A stretch of 64,000 nucleotides of DNA, taken from the NCBI RefSeq assembly GCF_009914755.1, contig NC_060932.1, one strand, 5' to 3'. The stretch comes from the human T2T-CHM13v2.0 reference genome, Homo sapiens. This document shows, in pieces, positions 31,656-60,022 of this stretch. The position numbers and the translations under genes were made by a program. Position 1 is the stretch's first letter. Each line of letters opens with the position of its first letter. Below the pieces are notes generated by a model. The model was not told where the DNA came from, did not search any database, and worked only from the letters and a program-made list of their open reading frames with translations.

Positions 31656-32321
31656 GGGAAATTTATAGCTTTAAATGCCTGTTTTGCAAGAGAAGGAAAG
31701 CTTAAAATTTTTCATGTAAGTTTCCACTTAAAGAGCTACAGAAAGAGGAGCAAATTAAACCCAAAACAAGTTTCAACCCAAAATAAGTAGAAGGAAAAAA
31801 AAATCAATGCAGCAACCTATGATACAGAAACAAAAATTAACGAAACTCAAAATTCATCCTTGGAAAGACTAACAAAATTGATAAACCCCAAAAGGATAAA
31901 TCAAGAAATACATAGAGAAATATAAATTACCAATATCACATAACACAAATAGAAGGGATGTCACTACATATCCCGCAGAGTTTAATAAGAAAATTAAAAA
32001 TATTAGGAACAAATGTTGCTAACTTAGCAACTAGATGAAATTGACAAATTTCTTGAAAAATACAACTTCTCAAAAGTGACCCAATAAGAAATGGGAATTT
32101 GGAATAGCCATATATCCACTAAACAAATTGAATTTGTAATAAAAAATAACCATTCTACAAAGAAGATTCAAGGCCTAAATGGTTTTATTAGTAAATTCTA
32201 TCATGTATGAAGTGAGAAATAATGCCAACTGTACATAAGCTTTTTTAAAACATAGATAAGGGAGTGCTTAACAAAATTATCTTATGAGACCAGTATAACC
32301 CTGATACCAGTATCTGAGTTA

Positions 32322-32669
<348 letters not shown>

Positions 32670-33640
32670 TCAATAAAGTGTAGGCAAATGAAATTCATTA
32701 ATATATTTCAAAAGTATACGTCATACATTATAGCCAGTAGAGTTCATATAATGGTTGCAAACTTGGCTTAATGTTTGAAAATTACACAGTGTTATTAACC
32801 ACATTAACCAAATAAAGATGAAACATCATATAACCATCTCAGTAAATGCAGAAAAAGATTTGATAAAATTCAGCACATATTCAAGGTAAAGACATTCAGG
32901 ATACTAGAAATAGAAGGAAACTTCCTCACCCTGATGAAGACATCCATGAAAAATCCAAAGTTAGTATCATGCTTAATGGTGAAAGACTGAAGTTTTTCCT
33001 TTTTATAGATCAGGAATAAGGCAAAGGTATTTACTGTCATCACTTCTACTTGTTATCCCATGGAGTAATAGCCAGTGCAATAAGGCAACTAAAAGAAATA
33101 AAAGGTATAAAATTTTAAAGGAATAAGAAAAATTGTTTCTATTTGTAATTGCTATGATTTTTCCTAAGGAATCTTCTAAAAAACACTTAGAAATATTAAA
33201 TGAAGTTAGCAAGTTCTCAGAATGCAAGATCACCATATAAAACTCAATTGTTGTATTTGCACTAACAACATGCAATTGAAGAATGAAGTGAAAAATTCCT
33301 TTTGTAGTACACCAAAAAAGGTAAAACACTAAACACTTAGAATTTAACCGATGTATAATACAGCCACATTGAAATCTTCAAATAATTGATAAAAGAAATT
33401 GAAGAAGACTGAAATAAATAGATATACCATATGCATGGTTTGGAAAATTTAATATTGTTAAGAAGTCCATTCTCCGCAAATGTATCTGTAGATTGAATGA
33501 AGTGCCAATCACCATTACAGCAGTCCCATCTTCTTTTAAAAATAAATTGACAACTTTAATCTAAAATTTATGTGAAAATGCGAAGGACATAGTAATAGAT
33601 AGCTAAAACTATTTTGAGACACACTGGAGTTAGAGGGATC

Positions 33641-33942
33641 TTTTTTTTTTTTTTTTTTTTGAGATGGAGTCTCGCTCTGTTGCCCAGGCTGGAGTGCAGT
33701 GGCGCGATTTTGGCTGACTGCAAGCTCTGCCTCCCGGGTTCACGCCATTCTCCTGCCTCAGCCTCCTGAGTAGCTGGGACTACGGGCGCCCGCCACCAAG
33801 CCCGGCTAATTTTTTGTATTTTTTAGTAGAGACAGGGTTTCACTGTGTTAGCTAGGGTGGTCTCGATCTCCTGACCTTGTGATCTGCCCACCTTGGCCTC
33901 CCAAAGTGCTGGGATTACAGGCGTGAGCCACCGCACCCAGCC
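33641..33942 (-). mobile_element. AluY
   Basis: tgcaagctc...gggttcacgccattc diagnostics; T20 tail; short TSD agaggga. Confidence 0.94.
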
Positions 33943-33980
33943 AGAGGGACTTTCATTATCTTATTTTAAGACTTACAATA

Positions 33981-34094
33981 GGCTGGCTCTGAGTGCGGTG
34001 GTGTTTACAACTAATTGATCACAACCAGTTACAGATTTTTTTGTTTGTTTCTTCTCCACTTCCACTGCTTCACTTGACTAGCTTTAAAAAAAAA
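33981..34094 (+). pseudogene. Y3 RNA (RNY3) processed pseudogene
   Basis: ggctgg...gtggtgtttacaactaattgatcacaaccagttacagattt...cactgcttcacttgactagcttt followed by A9; no upstream PSE/TATA seen. Confidence 0.93.
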
Positions 34095-35919
34095 GGAAGA
34101 CAAGAAATCTATAGTATTCAACTTAGTATGGTATTGGCAGAAAGGTTGACATACAGATCAATGGCACAGAATAGAGAATCCAGAATAGACCTTGCATGCA
34201 TGGTCAACTTTTTTTCTTTTTAAAGCATGGGGGTCGATTCTTTTTTATTGGGAAAAGAAAGTCTTTTCAAAAAATGACACTTGAATAAGTAGATATCCAC
34301 ATTAAAAACATATACCTCAATATTAATATTAAATTGTACAGAAAATTACTTTGATATCTGTCATGGACCTAAACAGAAAAACTAAAACTATAAAAGTTCT
34401 AGAAGAAAATAAAGAAAACATTTATTTTGGGACTGGAAAAGATTACTAGAAAGGACACAGAAAAGTATTCACCATAAAAAATGATAAATTAGATGTTATC
34501 AAAGTTATAACTGCCTGTTTTCTTAAAGACACCATTAAGAAAATGAAAAGCCAAACCACAGAATCGATGAGAATATTCACAATATATATACCTGACAAAG
34601 GATGTATAGTCGAAATATATAAAGTATACCTCCAATTCAATAATAACACAACAAACAACTCAATAAAAATGGGCAAAAGCTTGAATAGATGCTTCACAAA
34701 GAGGATATGTGAATAGTCAGTAAGAATACACAAAAATGCTCAACATTGTTATTCATCAAATCTCATGTAACAATTGGATTCAGTTGGAAATCAAATATGC
34801 CAATCATTATACTAACATAGAAACTATTAATATACAGTCTAAGCCAAATCCAAATTAAAACCGCAATGAGATACTACTTTATATCTACTAGACTGGGTAA
34901 AATTTAAAAGGCTGACAATACTATTTGTTGACAAGGATATAGAGTAACTGGAACTTTTATAATTTACTTAAAGAAGATAAATTCACATCTGCTTTGGAAA
35001 ACAGTGTGGCAGTTTCTTGTAAATTAAAAATTCAGTTAATATATGACCTAACAATCCCACTCTTAGGTATTTATCCCAAAGAAATCACAACCAATATCCA
35101 CATGTTTGTGCAGGCTTTCACTTCACTGTTTATAGCTGCTTTATTACTAATGGCCAATAATTGGAAACTATCCAAAGGTACATTGTGGATGAATGAACAA
35201 ACTGTTCTATTCATACAGTGGAATACAATTCATAGATAAAAAGAGAACAAACCATTAATATGTACACTAATATAGATGAATTTCAAAAAACATGCTATGT
35301 GAGGAGGTAATGGGCTCACACATCTTACTTAAACCCACGGATGGCCATCAGTGGCCCAGAGCCCTGAACTTGTCCTATGTCTGACATGAGTGAGAGTCCC
35401 CCAAAATCAGTGTATCAGTGCCATTTTGGCAAACTAATCTCATGTGATTATGTGAAAGAAAAACTGTGCTGGTCGGTGAGAGTGATTTGCCTACCAGGCC
35501 ACTCTCCTGGAATTTGACCTGACTGTGGGACTCAAAGACACTCTCCTAGGAGCACATTTTAGTGTTCCTCAGGGCATCTGGTGACCCCACATGTAGGTTA
35601 GATGGAGAGCATCCAAAATGGGAGAAGTGGGGCCAGAGTCCATGCAACTCCTGGTCTGAGCTCAGCGTTCTTTACCTAGATGACATTGCTGGCCCCAGCC
35701 AGTCCCACACACAAGAGGTGGATTGAGAAAATATTGGGAAACACTCTAAAGTGGTGGCCTCCCTGGGGTGTGGAACCCACACTTCTTGCTTGAGTCTAAG
35801 GGCAGTACTGGGAGGGGAATGTTTGATTGGTTTAGTGGGCTACTCTTGATTGACCAGGGTTGACAGTAGAAGATACTGCCATCAAACTAGCATCAATGTC
35901 CTCAACTTAGTATCACTGC

Positions 35920-37470
35920 CAAAGGATTCTGAGCTAGCAGAGGCCAGGTGGCAGCACATAACTAACAGAGGAAAGGTGTACATAATTACCAAAATGGGGA
36001 GGATTCAGGCAAGTATACAAATGGGAGCCCTTGGCACATACATAGCTATCCTATTTCTCTTTCCACCTGGGGGCCTCACTCACACATATGTATATATTCC
36101 AATATGCACATTTCATACTGAACAACCACACAACCCACTTCCTCTGTGAGTTTACAGGAGTACATACTAGCAGCATGATCTACCCTTGACAGGAAAGACT
36201 TAGGGAAGAGTTGCTTATAGGTTCTAGAAGTGGGCTTAGGGCTAATTGAGCAGGGAATTTCATAGTCCCTGGTCCTTGGAGTATTGTTTTGAAGTGGTGG
36301 TGTGAGCCCTGGGAGGGCATGTCCTCTTGGCCCTATGGACTCTTACAGGGAGGGTTTTTGTTGGAGGCTGGAGCAATCTTCCATTAAATGTGGGTCATAG
36401 AGAGATCCAAGGCAAGGGTCATGTTTGTCCAACTTTCAGGGTGATAGTGTACATGAGGAAAGGGTACTACTCAGGCTTTTTGAGGGCAGTTCCAACTTTC
36501 AAATATGAGGGTTCCATATGAATTTGGAACCCTCATATGAATTTCCTGGTATGTGGAGTAAGAGCCACTGTGTAGGAAGGGCCAAGTAGAGGCCAATGAT
36601 GTTGTAAAAGTGTCCCGCAACGCTGCAAATCAAAATGGCAAACTAGAAACCATCTTACATCCTCAGAGGAGTTTCAGAGATGAGTGTTGGCATCAAAGAC
36701 TTAAAGGATACAGGGGTAGTGGTTCCCTGTTCACATCACCTGTTTAGACCTTCTAAAACCCAATGGTTCATGGTGGATGATTGTATTATTAAAATAAATT
36801 TTACCAAGTAGGACCCCTACTTGTAGCTGCTGTGGTATCTTTATTGAGACATATGAAGACTTCTGGCATTTGAAATGCAGCTATTAACTTGCAATTCCCA
36901 TATGTAAAAATGATAGAAAGCAGTGTCTCTTATGTGGGAAAGACAAAAGCATGCCTTTCCTGTCTTGCTCCGGGGCTATGTTAATGTTCTTGCTCTGCAT
37001 CTTAACATAGCAGGGATCTGGATCGGTTCAACATTCTGTTGAATGTCAAGCTGGTCCTCTTTTGTGGTGACAGGTTAATTGGACTTGGATAGAGGTTAGT
37101 AGGAAGTACTCTACTTGCCCAAGAATGACACGTATCAGAGGAGCAAAACATCCTAAATAGGAGCAGAGACCTGCCTCAATAGTAAAGATTTTAGGGGTCA
37201 AGTGATCTATATGCATGCAGGGACCTCACCCCCAACATAAAAGGCCAGTTGTGCTTTAAACCCTCTACTCCTAAGAAAGAGGCACAGCACTTGGCTGGCC
37301 AGTTTTGGATTTTGATAGCAGAATATACTGCACTTGGGATACTGCTCTGATTCATTTGTGGATTGACCGCAGTTTTGAGTGGGGTCAGAGCAAGAGGTGG
37401 ATCTGTAGCAGGATCAGGCTGTGGTATAAATGGCCTTGCTTCGTGGGCTGTGTGAAGCCAGCTGATGATG
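35920..37470 (+). mobile_element. ERV-L (class III) internal remnant: gag, protease start and RT
   Basis: Decayed translations SRGQVAAHN (gag, ~35935), IKDLKDTGVV (~36692), VLLRGYVN (~36962), VKILGV (~37181), KKEAQHL (~37273), FEWG (~37375). Confidence 0.75.
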
Positions 37471-37959
37471 CTTGTGAGGTGAAAATATTTTTCTTCTTTT
37501 ACAAAGTTTTAGTCATCAGAAACAAAAGCCCACAAGTACACTAGCAATTAGGATGAATATTGTGTGAGATTCACGGTATAAAAATATTGCATTGAAATGA
37601 TTAGTGACTAGTCTTTCATCTAATATTCTTAGTTTGCAGATGAGTAATCTGAGATATAGGAAAAGTAACTTGTCCCCAAACAGGCTTTTCTAATTGATGG
37701 ATGATTCTAGAACTCAAGTCTCCTAAATCCTTGATAACACTGTGAGGCAAAATTTGCCTAGAATTATTTTTAAAAATTTATGCTTGCACATTTAAAGACA
37801 TAGGTTACCTTACAGAGTCTTTTTTTTTTCACCAAAGGGGCATGTTCAGTGTATTTCTCCACTTTAAAATTCCTTTATATATGCAAAATAAATTTAGAGA
37901 GAGATTTAAAAGCAATTCTAAGGATAAAACATTGAGAATTCTTTGAAAAATAAAATAAT

Positions 37960-38293
37960 CATTCCGTGAGTTTTTTTTGGTAGTTCAGGCATGTAAGTTT
38001 AAAGACTTAGGACACCATTTAAAAGACAAAAATTTTTCTTTAACCATCTTCAAGTTTAAGTCTGTGGAACGGACAATATTGCAGTTAAGGCCCAGGTGTA
38101 TAATTTTGTCTAATCAACATAAAATACACACCATGATTTTTCTCTGGGACTCTTCCACCAGCTCACCCCAGTGCTTAAAAATGCTCATGCCTTTTATTTC
38201 AGTGGAGTTAAATTCAATCTCTTCCCTATTGATAGTCTTAAATAAAGTATTCCTAATCCTGTTTAACTCTGTCCAGTGCAATTTTCTTTGACA
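37960..38293 (+). mobile_element. LTR 3' part (ERV1, MER34/MER39-like)
   Basis: aataaag...ctgtttaactctgtccagtgcaattttctttgaca LTR-type terminus. Confidence 0.45.
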
Positions 38294-38505
38294 AGTGACA
38301 GAAAGCACATCAGTGATTGCCTGGGGATTGGAGTAGGTGAGGGAGAAAGGGATTACCAAGGGGGATGAAGAAATGTGGGGGTGAGGGATGTTATTTGAGT
38401 GTGTGTGTGTGTGTCTGTGTGTGTGGTGATGATAAATGAGTGTATTCACAGTCAAAATTTATCAAATTGTTTATTTATATCAATAATACCTCAACAAAGC
38501 TGTTT
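38294..38505 (+). mobile_element. Old L1 3' end (probable continuation of the 26450-35300 element)
   Basis: cagtgattgcctgggg...tttatcaaattgt...tacctcaacaaagctgtt. Confidence 0.6.
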
Positions 38506-38771
38506 ATATTATCTGACCCAATAATTTGAGTTTTAAGACTATTTTATTAAAGTAATTACATACATGTACAGAGATACATGAATAAAGATGTTCATGGTAG
38601 CAGAGTTCGTAACAAAAAAACTGGAAACAATCTTGTTTATCAGTAAGAAAATTATTAAACTAGTTATGGTACAACCATAATGTTATGCAGCTATTAAGAG
38701 TGAGTAGAAAGATCACCAAAAGCAAACTGAAGATTCATAGATATGTATATTATTATGTGTGATTTTATTTA

Positions 38772-39191
<420 letters not shown>

Positions 39192-42100
39192 TTAAACTTT
39201 TTACTTTGTATTCCATGTTTTATATCAGTAGTTGGCTTATCTTTGGGAGGTCAATCCTCTGCTTTCGCCTTCATTTCCTTTAATATTGGCCACTATGCTG
39301 GGGTACATTACCAAACTTTTTTTTTTCCTACTATTTTATAGTTTTCAAAATAGTGGGTTGGTTCCCTAGTATCCTTCAAAGATGACTAATGAGGGTTTTC
39401 TTGGTACTATTATGATTTACACTTACTTCACATATTTCAATCTGTTGCCTTTATTATTTTATGGATGCGCAAATTGTCCTATCTTTGGCCACTTTAAGCT
39501 ATTCAAATTGGCTCCTGAGTTCTTTTCTTGTGCTCATGATATAATTTGATAGCTTCCTTGATTTCTGGTATGTTAAGGTACTTCATGCTCGTGTTTTACA
39601 TTTTTTGCCCCAGACTTGGAATCAGCTATTTTTCTAAAGAGTCCTAATTCCTGTTAGTGGGAAATTATAGGAAGTTTCCTCATTGCTAGTGGTTTTTTTT
39701 TTTTTCTAGATCTTTTCAGTGGCTAGAACTTGGTATGTTCTAAATATTTACAAGCATGAAGTCATAATAGGATTCTATTCTCTAGCTAACTTATTAGATA
39801 ACATGGGTATTAAAAAAGAATATAGATTATAGTTTACTGATTTTGCCTAATAAAAAATATTGAGTAACGTGCTTGGAATTAATCCCTGAATTTATCATCC
39901 TTTTTTTCATTGGCAAATACTACTTTTAAATTCTCTTTATCTGTGTTAAATGATTATACTGAATACATGACTTAGATCTTAAAATAGTATCTAGAAAAAT
40001 AATTAATGAAAAACAAATGGAAGGCTGGAGCTTTTGTTCTCATCTATAATCTGGATGAGATTGTAACAATTTTTTTTCTGTATAGAATTTCACTTTTTTT
40101 TCCCTGAGTATGTATCAGCTTGGAATTTTGAACTATTCAGGTGGATAATTTTTGGATTACTAATTTTGTCTATCTTTTATTTCAGTTACTGTCTGGAATC
40201 CTTTCCTGTCAGGAGTTCTAAGCTTCTTACTCTTATTTGTTAAATTAAAATTTTAGAATTCATGGCATTTGAATACAATTTAAGCTAAAAACCAAACACA
40301 ACAAACTTCTTTCTCAATTTGCTTACAAATCCATCAGCTTATAAAATGTTTGTAAAACTTTCTAACACATTTTATAGACCTGGATTAAGTCTGGGTCTTT
40401 TCAAGGTATAACACACAAGTTAACCAAAGTCCCATGAAACATGACATTTTGTTTCCCTGGGTGTTTGCATACAAACTTATTTAAACACATCCAAATTCAG
40501 ATCGACCTTTCAGTACCTTAGTTAGCCCTTCCAAAATTGGGTTGGGGGAAATCTTAATTCAAATTAGCTTGCTTTGCAAAATTTCACCTGTTTGCAGGTT
40601 TCTGATGGCTTTCAGCCCAGCATTTAACTCAGTTCAGGTTTATTTAAAAACCAGATGGTATTGGCTTTAAATTGACCTGGACTTGTTCCAAATGCATTCC
40701 ACTGAAATTGTATCCCAGGTTAGTTAAAAGCTCATCTCTAGAAATCCCATTTCTTCTCTTGAGAGAGAAGGACCTGGCTGCATTTTGAGTAGTAGAACTG
40801 ATTTCAAAAGTTTTAGATTTAATAATCTGTTTTTCAGTTTCTACAAATATTTCCATCCTTAATTTAAAAATGTGTTTCTCTAGCAAAAGAGAATCCAACA
40901 CTATATATAAGCCTTGACAGAAATCTCATTTCCAAATCTTTCTTTTCATCTTCCTCCAGTCAGAGGCTTAATCACTTCTTTATCTACATCCTCTGACATT
41001 AATGAGCCATACCTCTTTTCCATACTCTCTCCATACAGTTGGAAGAAGTTATTTTTCTCTTAGTTTGCCAGTTTATCAGGTTTGGTTTTTAGCTGCACCT
41101 ATTGCCGATTCACTTCTTCCATGAAGCCTTCCAATCAAAATCTATGAAATGCCAGAAAGGAAACACATACACTCACAAATATAACAGATATTTTTTCCAA
41201 CCTGTGAATCAACCCTGCATCTTGGTGGTTGTAGGTATCTAAGAAGTAAGATCGTTTAAGTCTCATGTTGTTACATAACACGCATGAATTCAACCCTTAA
41301 CTCCAAGGTGCAGATTTCCTGCCTCTGAAATGATGAGAATAATGATTTTATTATTTACTTCACAGGAACTTCTTATTTGGAATACAATCAGCTGAATTCA
41401 GACAATGCACTGATAACTGCTTGCTTTTTAAAACATTCTGATGTTTATTTTAAAAACAATTTGTTGAATTTAGTCCATTAATATATAATGTAAGTTAACA
41501 CTTTCTTCCCCGAGAAGATTGTGTGTGTTCACGCCTCTTGTAGCTCCTGGTAATTCACTTCAATGGGGGAAATAAAAACTGGCAGTAACAAACTGTATTA
41601 TACAATTTTTAAAAATTCTTCTCAGGCAATCTCTTTTTCAACCACTGTTTTGGTTCCAGAGCCCATGCATGAACAATTTTTATATTTTTCCAAAGTAAAA
41701 ATTGTTTTCTTCAGGTCTTTTCTTTCCACTAGGAAGTCATGTTTTCCCTATGAATGGAACTTAAACCCCAATTGTTCAACTCTAAATTTAAAACCCACAA
41801 AATTTGGCCTAAAGTAAACAAAACACATTCAGTCTCTTGTTTCTAATTGCTCGAAATTCTATCCAGGTTTTCCAAAAGTTGATTGAGTCTTACCAACATT
41901 TTCTGTGAACCACACATGGATTTCAAGTTTACAGAGAAACCCCAAACCTCTAGAAATAAACCCCACATCAAGAAGATTTCATTTGGTTTCAGGTTTCACT
42001 ACAAAAATTCAATATAACTTCATTAAAAAAGCACTAAGTAACACTGTAAGAAGTTGATCTCTGTCGCCAACGAAATGCCATGCTTATGTATCATTGTGTA

Positions 42101-42491
42101 GCTGCACCGACTTACATCTTTATGTCTTGAGTAAAATCCACTCTATATTTTGCAGTTACTACAACTATGCCCATTTTATTTATAGCTGAAGTCGCAATAC
42201 TGACTTTACATGTTGAAATTACACTAAAAAGTATACTAAGGAACAATATCCATATGGGTATGGATCTATTCCAAACCACAGTTGAATGCTTTGCTAGCAA
42301 AGCAAATAATATGGATGCTAAATAGCTAAACACTAATCTATTAACTTCTACTAAAATACTAGAATCACAGAACTGGAAAGGGACTTTAAGGAATTTTTTA
42401 AAGATCATGGTACATCTTCTGCGGTAGGAATTAGATATTACCAAACCCAAGTCGCTTATTTTATGGATAAAGAGATAGGTGGTATATAGAT

Positions 42492-48962
<6,471 letters not shown>

Positions 48963-49085
48963 ACATCTTTTCTTACTGACAGAGTAGAATATCAATCAGT
49001 TATGGTCAAAGTTAATATTACTGGTTAATTTTGGCATCACTTGTGATATGGACTTAAGAATATTAGGACATAGCAAAATATATAA

Positions 49086-49447
<362 letters not shown>

Positions 49448-49899
49448 TAATAATACATATTGATTTCAGATACAGGGCGCAATAAAATCAGATCCAGTTA
49501 TTTAGTTTATTTGATTTATCTCCTACCACTGTGTAACCTTACTCTAACAATAAAGTGAGGATTTAGATTAAATGATCATGGAAGTACTTCCCAGTTTTAT
49601 CAATGTGATATTTAAAATATTCCATATCATCAAACACATCTTAGTTTGGGATTTTAGCAAGAACTATAACAATTTTTGATGTCAATAATTTCAAAAAACA
49701 AAGAAAACGAGAGAAGAATATAAAACCTAAATGGACAATTTGTATGGCCCATATAGCAGTGGTTAAGGCCTATGCTGATCTCAGTGGAAAATGTTTTCCT
49801 GATTACTGTTGTTGCATGCTTTTATCTGTGGTGTAATATCATCTACATTTTAGCTTGTAGTATTTACTTTTACCACATATTATATACTAGTGAGAAGTA

Positions 49900-50300
49900 G
49901 TAACCCGTTAACATTCATGTTCCCCATTTGATAGAACAGAGCAGTTCCTGGAAATGGATGTGGAGCCATGAACTACATTTTCCAGCATCCTTTGGAAGTA
50001 GGCATGGTCTTGTGATGAGTTCTTGCCAACCCAATGAGAGCAGAGTGATTTATGCCATAGAGAGGGCAACACAAATCTCAGTTTTCCCCAAACACTTTTT
50101 ACTTTCACTAGAATAGATACAGATGTCAAGGCTTAGGGAATGGCAGAGCCAAAGGACAGAAGGAGCCGTGTATGGAAGAAACCTGCTGCAGATGAAGAAC
50201 ACCCATACTGAGTTTACATTAGCCAGAAAAATCTACAGGGTCAAGACATGGACTTTTGGCAGTTTGTTACAGAAGCTAGCGCTATACAGAATCCTAGTAA
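49900..50300 (+). mobile_element. MLT1 (MaLR) LTR remnant
   Basis: aactacattttccagcatcc...tgtgatgagttct...gcagtttgttacag. Confidence 0.6.
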
Positions 50301-51320
50301 AATATACACTTTACTAATATAGATTGCATTTTATGCTAATATTTTGTGTGAGTTATCAATACCTAAAATATTAAGTGAACTTTACATTTACAAGGAACAG
50401 GTTTCATATATTCATCAGTGTCTGGAAATTGCATCATATGGGGTAATATTCTTAATAACAATGAGAATTTATTATAGCACATACTTTTCATTTTCCTGGT
50501 TAAGTTTATCTAATTTAAATAGTTATTTTTTTCTGGTAAAGAGATTGACAAAAACACAAAAAGAACCTGGCAATTTCTGATATGGACAAAAAAATGAGAA
50601 AAAACTATTTTTCAGTTTCCTCTTTTCACCTCCTAATTACTGGCTTTAAAATTGTCTCACTGTTTTCCTCTTCTTTTGCTGGGTGAGCTCAGTAAGTTTA
50701 GGATAAGGAATGATGGTATAAGATATGAATGAAAGCCCTCAGAGAAGTTTAGATGGAAAAACTTGGCCCCAAATTTTTGTTTAATGTGCATAAACTGTGT
50801 GAGGTATCCTGGATCAAAATGTTCTGAACAGCCTAGAAAAATGATAATGACTATTTTGGGTCTTTTTATTGTGACCAAGGAAAGAAAACAAAGGGGCAGA
50901 AATTTAAAAAGAAACTTCTGTGGACTAGGACTATCCAGGTGTTTCTTGTCGACCTGGGAGAATAACAAAATATATTGTATGTTTAATTAAAAAACTAAAC
51001 TCCTGCCAGCAAAAAGTAGATCATTGAATACTGCTATAACTAATTATGAAAAAAACTATTGTAAACCTTTAAGTTTTGCAATACTCAAGTGTAATTAAAT
51101 GAGGGCAAATACCTTTCAGTATGACACATGTATCTATGAATACTTTTAAGAGCTAAATAACTCTAGCTTCTGAGAGATAACTAGAACCCTGAAGGTGGTA
51201 GACACTGTTTGGATAATTTTTGAGACTTCTATTTTCCCCTGTTTTATACCCTTTTTTCCCCTCATTCTTACATAATTCTGCTTATATAACTCCATTCTTA
51301 TATGACTTTCTATGGAAAAA

Positions 51321-51689
51321 TGTGTTAGTCCACTTTCACACTGTTGATAAAGACATACCCGAGACTGGACAATTTACAAAAAAAAGAGGTTTAATGGACT
51401 TAAAGTTCCACATGGCTGGGGAGGCTTCACAATTTGGTGGAAGGCAGGGAGGAGCAAGTCACGTCCTACGTGGATGGCTGGAGGCAAAGAGAGAGAGCTT
51501 GTGCAGGGAAACTCCCCTTTTTAAAACCATCAGATCTTATGAGACTTATTCACTATCATGAGAACAGTAGGAGAAAGACCCACCCCCATGATTCAATTAC
51601 CTCCCACTGGGTCCCTCCCATGACACGTGGAAATTGTGGGAGTTAAATTCAAGATGAGATTTGGGTGGGGGCACAGCCAAACCATATCA
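51321..51689 (-). mobile_element. THE1 (THE1B-like) solo LTR
   Basis: tgtgttagtcc...gataaagacatacccgagactgg...gagatttgggtgggg...ccaaaccatatca. Confidence 0.92.
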
Positions 51690-53626
51690 CAAACTCTGGT
51701 AAAATTCTCAGGTGAGTGTTTGCCTCAAGATAGGAGAGGTAATCAATCACTTTGGGTAGAACCTTCTAGTGGTTGTCACTCCAGTCATTTGATGGGTCCC
51801 TGAAGGAGACACATATTCACATCTCTGTGCTTTTCACTTGGTATCCTCTCTCTAGAATACCTTCCTCTTCTTCCTAGCTTTAATGGTCACTTTTTAGCTT
51901 CCCCAAGCAGAGTTAGTCATTTTTTTTAAAGCACTTGATTTGTACCTTGGCTCTACACACCCATTCACACTATATATGTCAATATTGACCAGAGGACTGA
52001 ACACAAAGGCGTGATGAGGTGGTGACTCAGAGAGGGTGCTGCGTTAAGTATGTGGAGTTAAGCTAAGCTGGGGATTAGGAATGATACTGCTGGTGACAGA
52101 AGGAGTCAGGAGCCAAGAAACAGGGACCTGGAAATGGCAGCCCAAAGAAGACTCATACCTGGAGAGGGCCATCATGGGAACCAGGTCATGTCAGGAAGTA
52201 AAATTGTGAAACCCAAAGTGGAGCAAATACCTGAAGTTGCATCAATTGCAAATTAAATGCATGCCAGAGGCCCAGAAATTGCTGCTTTAACTGGACTTTT
52301 TATCTTGTTTCATCCCTTTGGAGTGTCTTCTGATCTTCTTTGCTGGCCTGTAAACTTCTCATGGGCATTTTCTATATTTTATTCACTTGAATCCACAGTG
52401 CTTATTTCAGTTTCTGATGCCCAAACAATGAATGTTAAATGAATGAACAAATTGTGGAAGATATTGTTCACCTTATTTTATAGAAGATAAACCTGGGCTT
52501 TGATCAGAATTTTTAAGCATGTTAGTGAGTATGGACACCACTTCAATAACATATTTCAAATGTGGTGCAATTTAGTGTCTACCAATCTTACTTTTAAGTT
52601 CAGGGACCTGTTCCTGTCCAAGTACTGTATCTGACTTACATGTAAAGGTTCCAGTATGTGTCAGAGGTGGATATTAAACACCTGGATATTAAACAGTCTG
52701 GGTATTAAACACCCAGAATACAGGAATCTTAATTTCATGTCCTTTCTCTTCTTGAAGAACAATAGTAAATTGGGTGAAGAGAAATAATCAATCCCTTTGT
52801 ATAAAAGACAACTTCATTGTGTAGCTGTCCTAAGCTAAGTTGCTGTGAGTATGCATGCAATACAGTATGTTGAGGTTAAACATAGGGTCACACAATCCTG
52901 CTTTCATATGAGTGACACTAGCGCATTGCCATTTAGTAATTTCCTGTTGCCCTAATGTATGTGGGCGTGTCTGCAATGCTGTGGAAAACTCTAACATGGG
53001 AGTGGATTTAATTGCATCTTCAGTCAAATCTAAATAAAGCCAACTATTAAAACACCTGTATCTGTATCTCTAGTCATTTGGTTTTAGGCTTAATGGAAGT
53101 TTATTAGAATCCCACGGCTACTCACATTTATTTTAACCTCTAATAGATGTACCATGTTGTTTTAGACTTTACAGTAAGATGGAAAAATGGGTTAAAAGAA
53201 CTAAAACATAAAGTCAAGATGTAAGGCAGGGTTTACAAGCTAGTGGTAACAACATATTAACGTACGGTGAAGTTAAAAAGGAAAACAGAGTAAGAGTAAA
53301 TGTCAGAGTGTCTCACATGTGTAGTAAGGAGAAGTATTACTGGACAGAAACATTTTTTCCCATATATATGTACACAAATTCCTTACTGTGTATCACAATC
53401 AAAAGAGTTTGAGAACCACTGCTTTAAGGAGTTCTACAATAGAAACACTGGAATTTACATTATAATTTTTTGGGAACTGGAAACACCTCCTCCCTTATAC
53501 AGTTGGTTTTGAAATGTCTAAAAAAGATATTTTTTAACATCAGAAAAATGTTTTTAAAAACCCGTGAAATTTATTGGTTTCCACAATTCCAATGTCATAT
53601 TATTTTATAAAAATAAAAAGCTTTTA

Positions 53627-60022
<6,396 letters not shown>

